Below are positions 24,964-39,100 of a stretch of DNA of 64,000 nt, one piece after another. Positions within the stretch are counted from its first letter, which is position 1; each line of letters begins with the position of its first letter. The stretch comes from Pocillopora damicornis (Eukaryota). The notes under the pieces were generated by a model. It searched no databases. It saw only the letters and a list, made by a program, of their open reading frames with translations, and was not told the DNA's origin. Location: positions 558,001 through 622,000 of the forward strand of contig NW_020843402.1 of NCBI RefSeq assembly GCF_003704095.1, in the 5' to 3' direction. The position numbers and the translations under genes are program-made.

Positions 24964-27900
24964 TTATGTAGAACTCTCGGGGCTACAGGAGCCGTATAGT
25001 GGGAAGTGGAAACCCTGGTGGCTATTTTCCACCACATGGGTAGCCATGAGAAATGCTGGTCTCTCGTGATTTGACAACCCTACTGACGAGCCTAATATAT
25101 AGGCAGAGTCTCTTTGAAATGCCTGGTAGGGTGTATGGTGAGATGAAGTTGATGAACAAATGTTGCAACTTGTCTCACTTCGTCTGAACTTTGCTCTTCT
25201 GTTCTTAAACCAAATCTGCCGGTAAATAGAAAGAAACGTTGTGATGTAACACAGTACCGAAAAGGCTTTCCTACGCATGATAGATATCTAGAGGCTATGA
25301 AAGGGTATTTTTGAAAGCTGCCAGAGGCCTCGAGACGTCACCAGGAGATTCACGGTGAGTATTGCTGATGATATCGACTTCCAATTCACGTGGATACTCT
25401 TACACAAATCTATATCTATCATAACAGCACACTGCAAAAGTCGCACTTCTCTCAGCTTAACTAACTGGCAATGTGGCACATGCCTGATATGGCAAGGATT
25501 CATAAGTAGATTAGAGTAGTGCAAAGCCTCTATGGCATATTTTCTTAGAGAAACAATTTGGCAGGGTCATTTGACCCGAGCAAAATCGAAATGAGGCCGA
25601 TATACCTGTATTCGTGATTCTGGAAGACTTGTACTTGTTGCGAGCTCTTTCCTTAGAGCAATATCTGGATAATGGGTTTTGGAAAACGTATTTTCTAGAA
25701 TTCGTAGCTGGTAACGTGTGAAGTTGGTGCGTGAGCGACGTAGCTGTGTCGCAGAAGAACCCCGCCGGGCCTCTAGAATGATATCTAAAACAAAAATAAA
25801 AGGTTTGGATTAACACACCGTAATGTGAGCAGAAAATGTTTATTTTCCTTCGTATTAGTTCAGATATCTTGGTGGAATGCGCTTTAGTTTGTCTCCATGT
25901 CTAATGAATATATATTTCCCTGAGTAAAATTTATGGATGCTTACAAGAAAAAATGTATATTAATTGTCTGAGAGGAATTTCTGGGTCAACGAGTATTGCT
26001 TCGAGCTCATTTTTTAAGGAAATGTTATAACGTCAAATTAAAGATGAACTTAAACTCTTTTGCTTGTCGATGAGAAACAATGAATAGATTGGTAATCATC
26101 GTTTTTATAGTTTCCTGTGGTCAGTCGACTGTAATCCCACTAAAAACCTCACCTTTGTGTTTCTTATCTATAGCCCGCTTTTGGCAACATAAATTATTTG
26201 TCTCATTCTCTTAAAGATTAGGTTCTATCCTACTCAATCGGTTTCAACTTAAGTCTAGTAGAGCAGAAACAAATTTGTTTATATTCAAAAGTGAGAATTT
26301 GGATTCCTTGTTCTTATTCTGAGTAACTGACCGTGAAGTCACATCTAAATTTCAGCTAAAAGAGAGAATCGTGACATCATAATCCTCTAAATACTGTATT
26401 GGTAGGAGATCTCAACTAGCTGTTGCAAGCTTTTCTACAGTTATTAGAATCCCTTCAATACAATGTTTGTAAATTGGATTAGCGTATTTACTATAGCAAA
26501 GAAATGCATCCAGACTCGATCTTTGTAACAAATTCTCTATATAATCTATTAAATGAGGTGAAATTAACGATGGAATCAGTATTCTAGCCATACGCATATC
26601 AAACTTTGCCTATTGTTATGGTTGGGATTTTTTAATACAATGGGCCTTTTGTTATGGCCTGACCAATTTTAGTTTCATCGAATGAGAGCGAGCGTTCATT
26701 ACGGCCGGAACGATTTAGCTGAAAAAGGGAAACAGTTCAATATATTCAACAACATGCCTGCATCAGCGCAAAAGGAGTCTGACTCTTGAAGATAAAAATT
26801 ATCAAGAATGCAAAAGTGAAGTTGTTCTGTCGCATTAAAATCGAGTCATCTATTTGTTTTTCCTCACCATATTTCAATGAGTTACTACGAATTTCTTATA
26901 GGGCACCCTAGTGCATTTATGGTGTTATTCAGATGTCTGTTGGAGATAGAATTCGTTGGACTAATTCGCTGCAGATCGTTTGTCCATGATAACCAATCTT
27001 GGCTATAAATCCTAAAAATGTTTTGTGGTTGTCCTTTCCACGGGTCAGTGCAGGAGTTAGTAAGTTTTCATTTATGACATTGTTATTCAAAATTGTGGTT
27101 AGTGAATTTACTCCAACATTTTAAGACTCCCACCTTAAAAAAAGCAACAGCCTCCGCGTCAACTCAAGGTCTAGCTGAGAAGTCTCCACATCCCCACAAA
27201 AATAAAAGGAATCGTACTAGGACTACTTTCAAGAGCAAAAATGATTTACACAACATTGCGTTCTTCAACCTGACGGGCAAGCTACTCTTTTTGGTATACT
27301 CGAAGTAATCATTCTCAATTTGAGATGTAAATGCCTTTCTTACGATTTCCGTATGATCTAGATCTTCACTGTTTCTTACGACTCCTATGTAGCAGATCAA
27401 AAACAGTTCCGTTTGTCATGTCAATTGGTGGATTAAAAGCTAATTGTAACTAACTGGGAGGCAAACCTTAACTTTTTGAGGTGGTAACCAACTGACAGCT
27501 AATTATATTTGATGTGAGTTTGGAAAATTTTAAAATTTCCTAGAATTAAGCGCTCTTACGCAGCGAAAGATGATCAACTAAGTTAACGTGATTTGGTTGT
27601 AAATTTTCAACCTTCGTGCTGCTATAAATCCCAAACAATGGGAAAGCCGAAACTCAGTTGCTTATTTGTTATTGTTTTATGTAACTCAGGATCGCGATTA
27701 GTGATCGGTTGGAAATCCTTCTACGATATAGGGCCAGACTGCTAACTTCTTGAACTTTGCGAACGGAACTTTTTGAGTGATGCTAGACGAGTTTGCTCGA
27801 AAATTCCTAAAGGCATCTGACGATTCTTTTGGCTGAGACAAAACGGCGCCTCACACCAGCTAAATACTATTTTCCTCAAGTACTTTCAAAACACACTAAT

Positions 27901-28558
27901 ATTAAGTATGCATAATTCACTATTGCAGCCAGAATTTCCCTTTCTTTTTTATTTAGGCTCATCAAGTACTCAGTGCTTTCTATGAAATTTTTATTTTGTT
28001 GGAAACAAAGATACATAGTATTGCCTCTTCGAAAGGAATGTTACCCGGCAATTTATGGAGATAATGATGTGGAAACATGTCGGTGCAACACGGAATATTG
28101 TTTTGATCCGAAGTTTTTCAACCGATCACTTTCAAGTTTCTTTCCAAAGTTTACAATTGGGTGTTGAGGAACCGTTAGATAGGATAGGACTGAAAGCTTG
28201 TATGACAATCCTTCAAAGAAAGGGAAGAATCTTCCTCATCATAACACTCTCCTAATCCGAGAGCTTATTCGCCATTCATTTTTAGATGTTGATAAATACA
28301 CTGGAATAGATCGAAATTGTTCGAATACTGACAAGTAAACACTTATTAAGACAGTGAGAAACAAAACAAACCTGCGAGCTGGGCTGCCACTGAAAGGGCT
28401 TTGATCTTGGATGGAGCCTCACCACGAAATTCTTGTAGTCTTGTAGCAAATTTGTCGGGCTTTAATATATTTTCCATCATAAATGAAGATGATTTCCCGT
28501 TGTTCAACATTTCTCGCCCAGATTCCACAGCTTGTTCAGGGAGTGTTTTATGATTCAT
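24964..28558 (-). CDS. Dmbx: Dmbx-like homeobox gene, paralogue 4; join of exons 28372-28558, 25606-25784, 24964-25215 (about 205 aa)
   Basis: Exon 1: ...SSFMMENIL...[11 protein letters not shown]|GT. Exon 2 (its frame is missing from the ORF track): [60 protein letters not shown]. Exon 3: [12 protein letters not shown]. The start could instead be a downstream in-frame Met. Confidence 0.9.
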
Positions 28559-31500
28559 GTTGGCTAGACCAAAGAGGGGTTGACTGGAGTAAAGCGCTGT
28601 TTTCGAAGGCTATACAGGAGAATGAGACGTCAGTGAGATTTGGTCCTGAAAATGCCAATCACTGACAGAAACATCTGGTAACCGCATTTATCCTAACCAT
28701 GAACAACTTGATTTAATAACTCCAGAAAAAGATTTTCAATTAGTACTTTTTCCGTTGTTTCAGAAAAAATATCTTTATATTACACCTCTCGCGTAACAGC
28801 TGAATTTCGTTTTTCGCATACTAATCGTTTTCGATTCGGCTACATCGCATGCATTCTTATCAGATGTAAACAAAGTTTACCCGATTTGGTGGAATTTGAG
28901 TGCTGTTATTAGCTGTTTATAAAACCTCATGGGTTGTTGTCGTTTCCTCCAGTGCTCGGCTGTGATAGTTTGTCTTTGCTTAACAACTCCAAAGCGGGCT
29001 TAAAACTTTTAATTTATTTCATTAAGGAACTTTTCACTTCGTTTTAGTGTTAAGGAGATACCGCTACGTGTTCACTGATTTTGTAACATCTGTGGCTAAA
29101 CTCTCAGTTTTGTAGTGCTGTTTGGGGGATTTACCTTGACAATAATTTCATTGCTCTCTAGAATAGTTTAAATCAAGTTATTTACAAAGACCTTAACGTC
29201 TCTTTAGAACGGTGTTGATAATGTTGTTGAGAAGCCTAACGTAAATTTCAATTTCTATTGCCTCTTTACTCTGTCAAAGATGATAAATTGGACTTTGATT
29301 GTAACACACGAAGGGAATTTTGGCTGGTATTTCGCAGCAACTTTGTTTCGACAAATACTAGCACGTACAATTAATGATTTGCTTCAGATTTGTAACACAG
29401 GAAACGTTTCGTCTCGATTACCCTCACGAAGCACTTAAGTGACTGTTTGTCGTGATTTCCAATGTGGGATTTCAGTATCAAGTCCCAAGCATTAAGATGA
29501 ATGGGATTTTTACTGGCGACGACAAGTTGATTTAATTACTGTCACTAAGGCCGATAGATTTTAATCAAACGTCGGTTAAAGACTACCGGCAGTCGAGACA
29601 GATAAGCAACCATTGCTTTGCTGATTTGCTGAGAGGTTCATTAGATATTTCATATCGAGTGAACTTTTCTGTCACAAAAGTGTAATCAAATGCATTAGAT
29701 ATATCAAAATTACGCTTTCATTTATTCGAAAATGCAGCAGATTGAAGATTATTCCGCCCTTATAAAAATGATTGTGCAGTGAGTGATTTGATATTCTCTC
29801 TAAATCTTGGTGTATGAATTACGATGATATTTGGGTTGATCAAAAGTAGAATGGTTCAGTGTGGCTGGTACAATTAAGGCTAAGAAAAATTAAAGCTGAT
29901 CGGGCTGCACCTTAATTCTTCTCTTATTGACCTTTGATGATTTTTTTAATTTTTTTTATCTTCCTTTTAATTTTCGTCCAACTTGCAGCATGCACAGTTT
30001 ATTTTAATTTAAGTCATCGATTTATTAGCTCCTTTATGATTTGGTCTATCAGAATCTGGCATCTGGTTTTTTGAGATAACAGTTTATGCGGAGCATGTGA
30101 AACTTTCCTGAAGGCAATTTGATCTCTTACTCAGAAGGTTATTATTGGCTTTTCCAAAGCCGACCGTTAACATCATCATCATACCCTCGCTATTATCATA
30201 AATGAGACAAATAGCCAGACCTGTAACGAAACTTTACTTTCTGTGTATTAACCAAACCGTCTTTATTTCGCATACCCTTGTATTTAATCTTTGCATCATG
30301 CTGATGACTGAAGATTACATTTATGCTTTTATGCAATACAGCGTGTAAGTTGAAAAAATTTATTAAGTTTCTGAAATTTGACAAATTTTGATAACTGAAT
30401 GCCGTTTACTCTATTATTTTGTTAGAGTCCACTAAAAACCAACGTTTACAAATAAGCAGAATTTCTGTTGGCCCATATGACGTGTACTGAGGCCACACAC
30501 AGTGAAAACGCCCAAAGCAATGACTGCAACAACAGAATGAGAACGGAGGGATATTTGATAGCTCTACGTGTTTTTCTACGTGTGTACCATCCTCAACAAT
30601 CTGTAAGAGATAGACGTTTTCTTATGAAAGAAAAACAAAGAAAAACTACGAAATCCCAAGGTTATCAGCACATCAAAAATGTTCGAATTCTCTAGTATTA
30701 TAGAAAACCATTATCCTGTCATCGCAAGGATTTTGATAGATGATAATTTAATTTGAGAAGGAATCTATCGCTCTTTACTTGAGCAGCAATCAAGGTAGTT
30801 CAGGAAAACTTTAATGGAAAATTTGTGTGAGCGTACTTCAAAGGAAGGAATTCTTTCTATCGCAGTACAACTTAATTGTGGTTTCTTAGAGGGTACCCCT
30901 TATTAACTTACTTTAGCATTTATCTTTGTTCTCTTGATACAGAGATCGGGCTTAAGAACCTATGCGTGAATGCCGGTGCTGACGCCAAATTATTCTTGAG
31001 AGAAGGGTAAAATACTTCCAAGCTCCTTGCTCTAATTAACGAGGACGACAACATGGATGATTATAATTACGAACATTTATTTGACTCTTTTGATTACAAC
31101 ACTCGGATATGAAACCATCAATTTCATTATGGGTGTTAACTATCGTAAAGTAGCGAGGACCACACAGTACTTAAAATTTCCAAGATCTCCTTTGATCTTC
31201 CGAAAGAGTTTTAAGATAAGGAGGAAGCCCGATGTGCCTTCCTGCGCTGAGCCAAAATGGTCAGGGATCCACAGGTCATGAGATCGGCTTATCAAATATG
31301 CATACCTCGAGTTGCAGCAATTTCTCCCAGGTCCAACAACCATAAAAAGTCCTTGGGTTGCTTTCACTGCAAACTAATTTACAAAAATCGTCCGGAATCC
31401 ATGCTAGTCTCGACTGTTATACCTAGCTCCCTTTGCTAAAAAGAATCTTTGGGACACTTCTCTGAGGAAAATCAAATTTTTTGTTTCATGAAAATATATA

Positions 31501-31804
31501 AAGACTGCGACTTTGATTTAAATAATTTAGGTGAGCAAAACCACACTGCTGTTTAATACATAATCACCTCTTCGCGGGAATACCTGATTTCACTCCAAGT
31601 TTTATCTGCATAAGCTGGAAGCACCTTGTATACCAAGATAAATACCAGATGTAGAAACTGATAAATGTTTTACATCTGCGCCTTTAACCCCTTGAAAGAA
31701 ACCACAATGTAGGTGTAAAAAATGAAATAAACTGGTACGAGCTTCGAACCCATACTTGTTCAATAGAAAAATTGAGACTCATCAGCTTTAGGTTTGTTTC
31801 TGGG

Positions 31805-31840
31805 AATGAAACTCACCACCGATGAATGAAACTCACCACC
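31805..31840. repeat. Short direct repeat (aatgaaactcaccacc, two copies)
   Basis: 16-bp unit repeated with a 20-bp period. Confidence 0.85.
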
Positions 31841-34040
31841 AATTTAATTTACAATGTAAAAAATGTATATTGCGATTGTCAGTTGAGTCGATTTGTTCCA
31901 CATTGGCGAAGAACAGACAGACAACTTTTAGTGTAATGAAGGACGCGATAACTTTTACTGAAAAATAGGAGTCTTCTGGTACTTAAGCTTATAAGCGAGG
32001 CGCGTTTGACAAATAGCATGTACATTGCTAATATTTAAAAGTCAAAGCGAAAGGTTTGCACCATGTGCGCACAAATATTGCTCGATTTCACAGTGTGGAA
32101 TTTTTAAGGTAACCAAAATGAAACGTGAATTTTAATTTTGACTAACAAAACAGATCAAAAAGGTAGGATTTAGTCCGCAATTAAAAGTGTCTAACGCTGA
32201 CAAACGTGAAGGAAAGTATTATTCGCGTTCTCTCATGAACAAAGAAGGAGAAACCTTAGCTAGATAATGTTGTTTTCGATCTCCCGCTCATAAATGAATC
32301 ATGCATGGGTTAACCACTCCAGGGTAACTAGTAATTTAAAAACAAAATTAGCGTGCAACGTGAAGTCTGCCATTCACTAATGTAAAAAATAAACAAACAT
32401 GACCCAAAAAATGAAAAATGCTGTCTTCAATGGAAAGAAGTTCAAGAATGCGGGAATGCGTCAAAAATGTGAACATTTAGCTTGAAAAGTACTTTGTCCA
32501 TGGTGTTAGTGACGTCAAATACACATCACCAGACAGTAAATTCTGGCACAATTGAAGCCAAATTTGTTTGGATGACGTGAGTATTTTTTCATCCGAATGT
32601 CTTGATTTGACACACAAGAGTAAGGCGGAAGTGAAGAAATTAACAGAATGGAGTTGATCGAGAGATTTCGTGTATTTGAGAATTAAGGTTAATAAGATTA
32701 ATGGGAAAGAATGGTTTTGAGCTCGTCATGATGTAAGCAATAAGAACAAAATGGGAATAATAGATGATCTACCCAACAATTCAGCAAAAAGACGATAACA
32801 CTTTTGAAGATTTATTTTTTCTCGGTTTGTGTTTCATTTAAATTTGGTCCTTGGATAGGCATTATCACCTTCACGTTAAAAAAATTAATTGTTTTGAAAA
32901 AGACGAAAACCTTAAGTAACAGTTTGAATGACTATTCAAACACCAAAACGGTGTAGGAATCAACTGAACATGAAAAATATGGTTAAGAATGGCGAAGATA
33001 AACATAACTGACGATAATTTCTTAAGATGCATTAGCCATGACGTAGCTGTAACTGGATTTTTATTATGGTATTTACTGTCACGATTACTCAAAGATTTTA
33101 TTCATAGTTTTCTTCGCTAACATTTGGGGCCAGAATAGCGAAAATAAGGTCTAAACTTCAATCGAAATATCACTTTTTTACTTAAAACACCATCCAACAA
33201 CTGTTGACATGTTTTAACTCCAGAGAAATAGGACAAACTGAGTTTTCGAATGGAATTTCTACACCGCCTCTGTATTAGCAATCTATAACAACAAACCGCG
33301 TTGATGTGGTTGACCCTGTAATTACCTAAAATCCGGAAAGTGAGGAAAATATCATGTCTGCAGTGTCATAGTTCTTTGTCGGCTCCTTTACTTTCTATAA
33401 GAACCCGAACTATCTTTTAGTTTAATCCCCGAACCAGACTTTCATCTATTTTAAGCTGAATTAAAACAAAGCTGGAAGAATTATCACATTTTTATGATAT
33501 ATTTTTATTCTAGGATGAGTTTTCCGTATATCAGCTGTCACAATTGTTAACTTAAAATAGGAAACCTACGTTATTATGGTAAACATATATAACTTATACA
33601 CATTTTTTCCTTAGTTACTCAATTTTATGATATTTTCTACGTAATAGCATTTTATCCAAATGTAACCTTGATCCCTGACTTAAGAGAAATAAATGGAATA
33701 CTTCATTATACATAACCTGTTTATATATTTGACATGTTCACGTCACCCGAAATATCCTTATTTTCCTTGGCAGGAAGACCTTTCATTTTACGTCACAGTT
33801 CGACATATGTACAATTGGCTGTTGACAAACAATTACAGTTACAAAATACACGAATGAAACGACTTTTAAGCGTAGCTATTTTCTGTAATTTCCAAGTTTT
33901 GTTCAGCCAAAAAAAGGAAAATATAAAAACGATGGGAATGACGAAATCTAGTGATGATATTAGGAACATCGTTTAACTATTGAGTTTGAATCTCTCTTAC
34001 ATTATTTTAACGTTTATGACTTATTTCAAACAAATCACGC

Positions 34041-36161
34041 TCATTGTAAGTGGCCTTTTACATCTGTATTTTCGTAACATGCCGTGCACGACCAGGAGGA
34101 TCTCCTTTGATTATCTGAATACGATGGTAAGCAACCACATGGGCTGGAAGCGTACAAAGGAACGGCAGACCAGGAGTATGGTGCGAAGTTGCTGTGGGGT
34201 GAAACAGCACTTCCCGGACCGAAGGGCAGACTGTTGGTTGTGTAAAAATGTTGTGGGTTCCATGGCGCATCATGGCTGTTGAAATGATTCTCCAGGGCTT
34301 TATTTTCCATTTCACTCGTTGTTAGCTCCTCTCCGTCTTTCATCTGTTTCCTGTACTTGGCTCGTCGGTTTTTGAACCATACCTACAACGCAAATGTCAG
34401 CTTTTCAACGCATTTCATGCGCATAAGCAATGATCTTGTGCAAAGGAATGCTATTTGTGGGGGATATAGGGAGAATGTCTCGTTAGTAGGCCTTATATCG
34501 TTTCGTATAGCATGCCGTGTGAGGGATCACTTATGCCACCAATATGCGTCAATTTTCAAGTTTGGAGAAAGGTTTTCATAACCAGCGATGTATTGTCAAA
34601 ATTGAATGGTTTCGGTGTCAGTGAAAAGTGGGACCAAAAAGACGTGTCGATAAGTTCATTCTGAAAATCAGCTAGATTCGAGGAAATTGATTTATCGCTT
34701 TTCAATTTGAAGCCAAAGAGGCAAACGGGTTACCAAAAGGTGTGACAGCAACTACTGAAGAGCCACGTCACGGTGAGTACCTCTTAACACTTCAGTCCAA
34801 ATTGTTTAAGTCCGTCAATTTTAATCCGAGTTAATAATCTCCATCCTTTAACAGACTTTTTCCCTTTTGGTTTATTGCTGCCTCTTTGGTATATTTTGGC
34901 TCTGACGAAACATTAAAGGTTCTACTCCTGTCTTTCTGCTCGTTTTATTCTTGACTCCTAAATCCACCGAGGTGAAAAGTTTTACTTAGGGTTTTTTTTT
35001 TCCTATTTTCAAAGATTCCCAGATCAAATCAGTGTCGTGATTTGGGTTTATTGATCTTGCTTTATAATAAAGCAACGAGTTAATAAATCGCGTGCAGCCA
35101 TCAAATTTCAGGTCTGAAAACAGGAAGGGATTTAATAGGCCAGGTCAGAAAACAAGTATGTAAGATGGCGTGCTTTAGCTTGGAAACGGGTGGGGATTTG
35201 GAGAATCAGGCGGTAAATCCCTGTGGAAGATTCCTAAAGTGTCCCTTGCGACTCAGGCCTCACCTGAATTCGTGATTCTGGAATGTTAATGTAGGCCGCT
35301 AACTGCTCCCGCATCACTACATCCGGATAATGCGTCTTTGAGAAAGTGTTTTCCAGTATCTGTAGTTGTTGGTGGGTGAAGGCGGTGCGTGTTCGCCGAT
35401 GTTTCCCTCTGGATGAACCATAATGTACCTCAAGTATTATATCTGGAAGAAAAATGAACTTGTGCTGAACTGGCATGTGTAATATCGAGAGAAGACCATC
35501 AAAAAAACAATCAAATTGCAAACGTACACTCCTGGCTTCACCTGTTACTAATTGGGAAATAAAACTGAAACTGGCCTTTTTATGTTACTTAAAGCATTTC
35601 ATGAGCTTCTACATTTCTCTACTTGTTCATGAGTTACTCCCTAAAAGGTGGGTTGAGGAGGACTCTGTGCAGTAGGGATTTCAGACTCCAATGTAGCTGA
35701 ATTGGCCGTAGGAATGAGTTGGAGACTTATTTTGTGTCAGCGCGGAAACACATGGCTTCCGATTCCTCGTAAACAGCTCTTGGCCAAGGTTCTCTTTGCC
35801 TTTGCTTAAGCATAAAATATTTTAAGAACATATAAAGAAACAGCGAATGCAAAGAATTTTCCTCTTAGAGCCTTCCCTTTACTAAAGGGTCTCAAGTTCT
35901 TGTCAATATATCTAAGTTACTTTGAAATTAAGTTACAAAAACGATTACGAATATTCTGAGGGAAATTTAATTGAAAGAAATTTTCTCTTTCATAACGCTG
36001 CGAGGAGGGGTCAGAGACAAAACTTTTCGCGGCTCACCTGCCAGACGTTCTGCTAACGTTAATGCTCGGTCTGCAGAGCGAGGTTCTTGTGTAGAATCGC
36101 ATTTGTCGGGTTTCAGTATGTTATCAATAGAAAATGAAGAAGAACTCAAATCTGACTCCAT
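34041..36161 (-). CDS. Dmbx: Dmbx-like homeobox gene, paralogue 5; join of exons 36038-36161, 35264-35442, 34041-34382 (about 214 aa)
   Basis: Exon 1: [20 protein letters not shown]...[11 protein letters not shown]|GTGAG. Exon 2: [60 protein letters not shown]|GTGAG. Exon 3: [17 protein letters not shown]... Confidence 0.93.
35095..35235. mobile_element. Possible decayed MITE-like repeat remnant in intron 2 of paralogue 5
   Basis: Internally repeated ggtctgaaaacagg / ggtcagaaaacaag / tggaaacggg units resemble, from memory, an abundant coral non-autonomous repeat. It may explain why this intron (881 bp) is longer than its equivalents. Not verified by a search. Confidence 0.3.
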
Positions 36162-39100
36162 GATCTTTAAAGTAAGTTTGAGGTTTTATTAAAGATGGTT
36201 TAGGAAAGTCCCACTGAAAGCTAGCCTTGGTGACAAAGGTGAGAGAGGATGTTGCTTCTTGTCTCTACTTCAGCTCTCTGCGGATAGAAAGAGGATTTTA
36301 ACGTGCTAGCAATTCTCATTTCACACAGTAAGTAACGTGCTGACTTAGCGAAGAAGATGGGCTTACTTAGCAGCTCTCTCTCACATAGTGAAAGCCCTGG
36401 TTTTACATAATAGCCTTTATAGACATGAGATATATGAACCCCGCCTTTTTCTAATCGAATCGCCTAAATCTAGAAGATTACCGAGTGATCTTAGCAATTT
36501 ATAAGAAGATTTCATACTTTCGTTACTTCTCTCTGCTTCTTTATTCTTGTCTAAGTTGATAAGCGTAAAGGCGACGAGACAACCGCGAAATCCTATAGCA
36601 AATTTTGGACTTATTGCAAGATAAAGTGAAAAAAGTTGTTGGACTAATGTAAGCTTTTTTACGCTATTAGTATACTAAAGAAGTTAATGCAATTGAACCA
36701 GATCGCGTAGCTATGGTTGAAAGTAAAGAAAGACAATTTACCTCTTTTCATCTTCGTTTGAAAACAAAGTGATAAATAGGCGTGGAGACAGCTCAAAATC
36801 CTATAACGATTTCCTAACTGTGTAACTATTGATAACATGGCATATAGCAAAAATTACACTGAAAGGATTCTCTTTGCTCTAACCAAACCCTTCCTCCTTA
36901 CTTTTTTCCAAAATTTCTAGGCTGTGATTAGGCCGCCATTCAAAGACGTCTAATACTTTGCTTTGTGAGACTGTATATACCGTAACTCAGTCACAAAACA
37001 CTTCCTGTAAGGGCGTCAATCTGTAAAATTATATATACACTATGAAAAGTGTACCGATATTAAAAGGTAATCCGTTCGAGCTTTAGTATCAAAACAGTCA
37101 TGCTGAAACCCTTCATTTCATTTGCTATTTGAGCGTTGTTCATTTCCTAGCAGTGGGGTAAAGCAAATCGCGCTTAAAGGAAAGAGCATCCGTACTACAT
37201 TACCTAAACCAGTTAGATCACTATGTACACATATCAATCTGTTTGTAATGCCGATCGTTTGCTCAAGAAATTCGTGCAACTGACAATGATTGATAGGCTT
37301 AAAATTGCAGTGTTGTAGACCTCCTTGAAGAGGCTTTTGTACGCCTACAACGAAGCAAAGGGTAGTTAATTAAAGTAGAAAACTATGATCATCCTAGATC
37401 ATGATATTTTCTGGAAACCAGTGAGCTAAGTGCCTTTAAAATTGCGACAATATGCACGCCCTTCTTTCATAACTTTTGGTAACAAACTGCATGACACAAC
37501 CTTACGATCTATATTATACTGATAGGAGAAGAAAAAATCCCACTCAAACGGATATGATGTATGGTTATGAGTAAATTTAACACGTTTAAACATATTTTGG
37601 CAGCTTTCTAAAATTAGAAAAAACATAAAGCAGCACCGTTGGTCTTCTATCATAAAAATACGGAAATTGCCTCGGTTACTTCAGTTTTATTGTATTACTA
37701 AATGATTAATACAATGAATTGGGTGATTATCTTATATATGGAGGTATATCGCTCACGTGTGTGATATTTTACTGGGCATAGTCTTACTTTCTATCTTTCA
37801 TTTTGTTAATCCCTTTCCGCAAAGAAAAGTGACTGTAAATGTAATATCCTTTTAGTGAACTGTTTTTCTTTAATTCAATTTAGTTTAGACTCGTCAACGC
37901 CCGCTGTCTAGTTTCAGTAATTTTTCTGACTAGTCTGAAGATCTTTTTAACCAGCATTGACGCAACTTCGGAAAAAAATAGAAATAAGCCCATTGCCTTT
38001 TCATTTTCAACCGCCTACTTTCAAAAAGGTTTAATTGGTGACTATAGATATAAGAAGAATATTTAAATAACATTCCACTATTTTGCAAAACGTATATTTT
38101 CCATTGCTGAACTGTTTATAATAAAGTCTATTTGAGTATGTTATTCACGATTTGTGAGCGATTTATGCAACAAAGCTACATATAGCTCTTGTGGTAACTT
38201 TCTTGAATAGTTAAACAATCGTCGCAATGGTTTCGCATTTGCCATTATGTAGAAATCAGTAGTATACACTTTTTTTTTTCTTTTATCGTTTCCCCTCATT
38301 GAAATTTAAGTTAGAGATTTCTTAAAATTGCTTCGAAAAAATTGCTCTAAACTGTTTCTACACCCTCGGTTAAGTCAAACACGTTGCTTCCTCGTGATTA
38401 TCGGAATGACATAACACAAAACTAAACTATCCTGGTAAAAGTTGGTTAACGTGATTTTCAGCCATTTCAGTTGCTAGCTTCTTGCCTCGAGAGGGCGGAT
38501 TACAGGTGACTCGTCTCTGTTCGCGCATAATCGCGCCACTTCGCCAAGTATGTAAGATACGTCACCGGCCACAAAATACAAATCTTTTTTCCGTTCGCAG
38601 CCAAACATAACACGGTTGATCCCTTCTTAACCTCGCTGAAATCGCTTTACAGTATTTTTGGACGTGCACGTTTTGGTAATCCTATATTTCTGTCACGCTA
38701 TTCCAGCCCCACGCCAGTGGTACCAGCCATGTCAAAGAGGGCCAGTATTATCGTTATTCTTTTATGGCATTTCTTGTCATCGTTACCAGAATTGCGAAAG
38801 TAATAATGGTTTGCCCTGGTAATATAGAGAACAAAATCCGTTTTCTGTCGCCTAACTCACCACCAGCTAACCCTTCCGCATTGTTGAATTTTAACCTGGT
38901 GTTAAATGTCCATAAGCGTTATTTTTTTACAACAAGGAGGAGTGAGCGCGTTTAGAAGCTGTCAGGAATATTGAGAACATATGTTAGAGGATTCTCTGTT
39001 ATTTCATGCGTAGTCATACTACAAACATCGGATCGCAGTCGCTTTTCTCTTTTTAGACTGCTATATGGAACGAGTTATGCTTTTTTTCTCGTTTTTTTAC

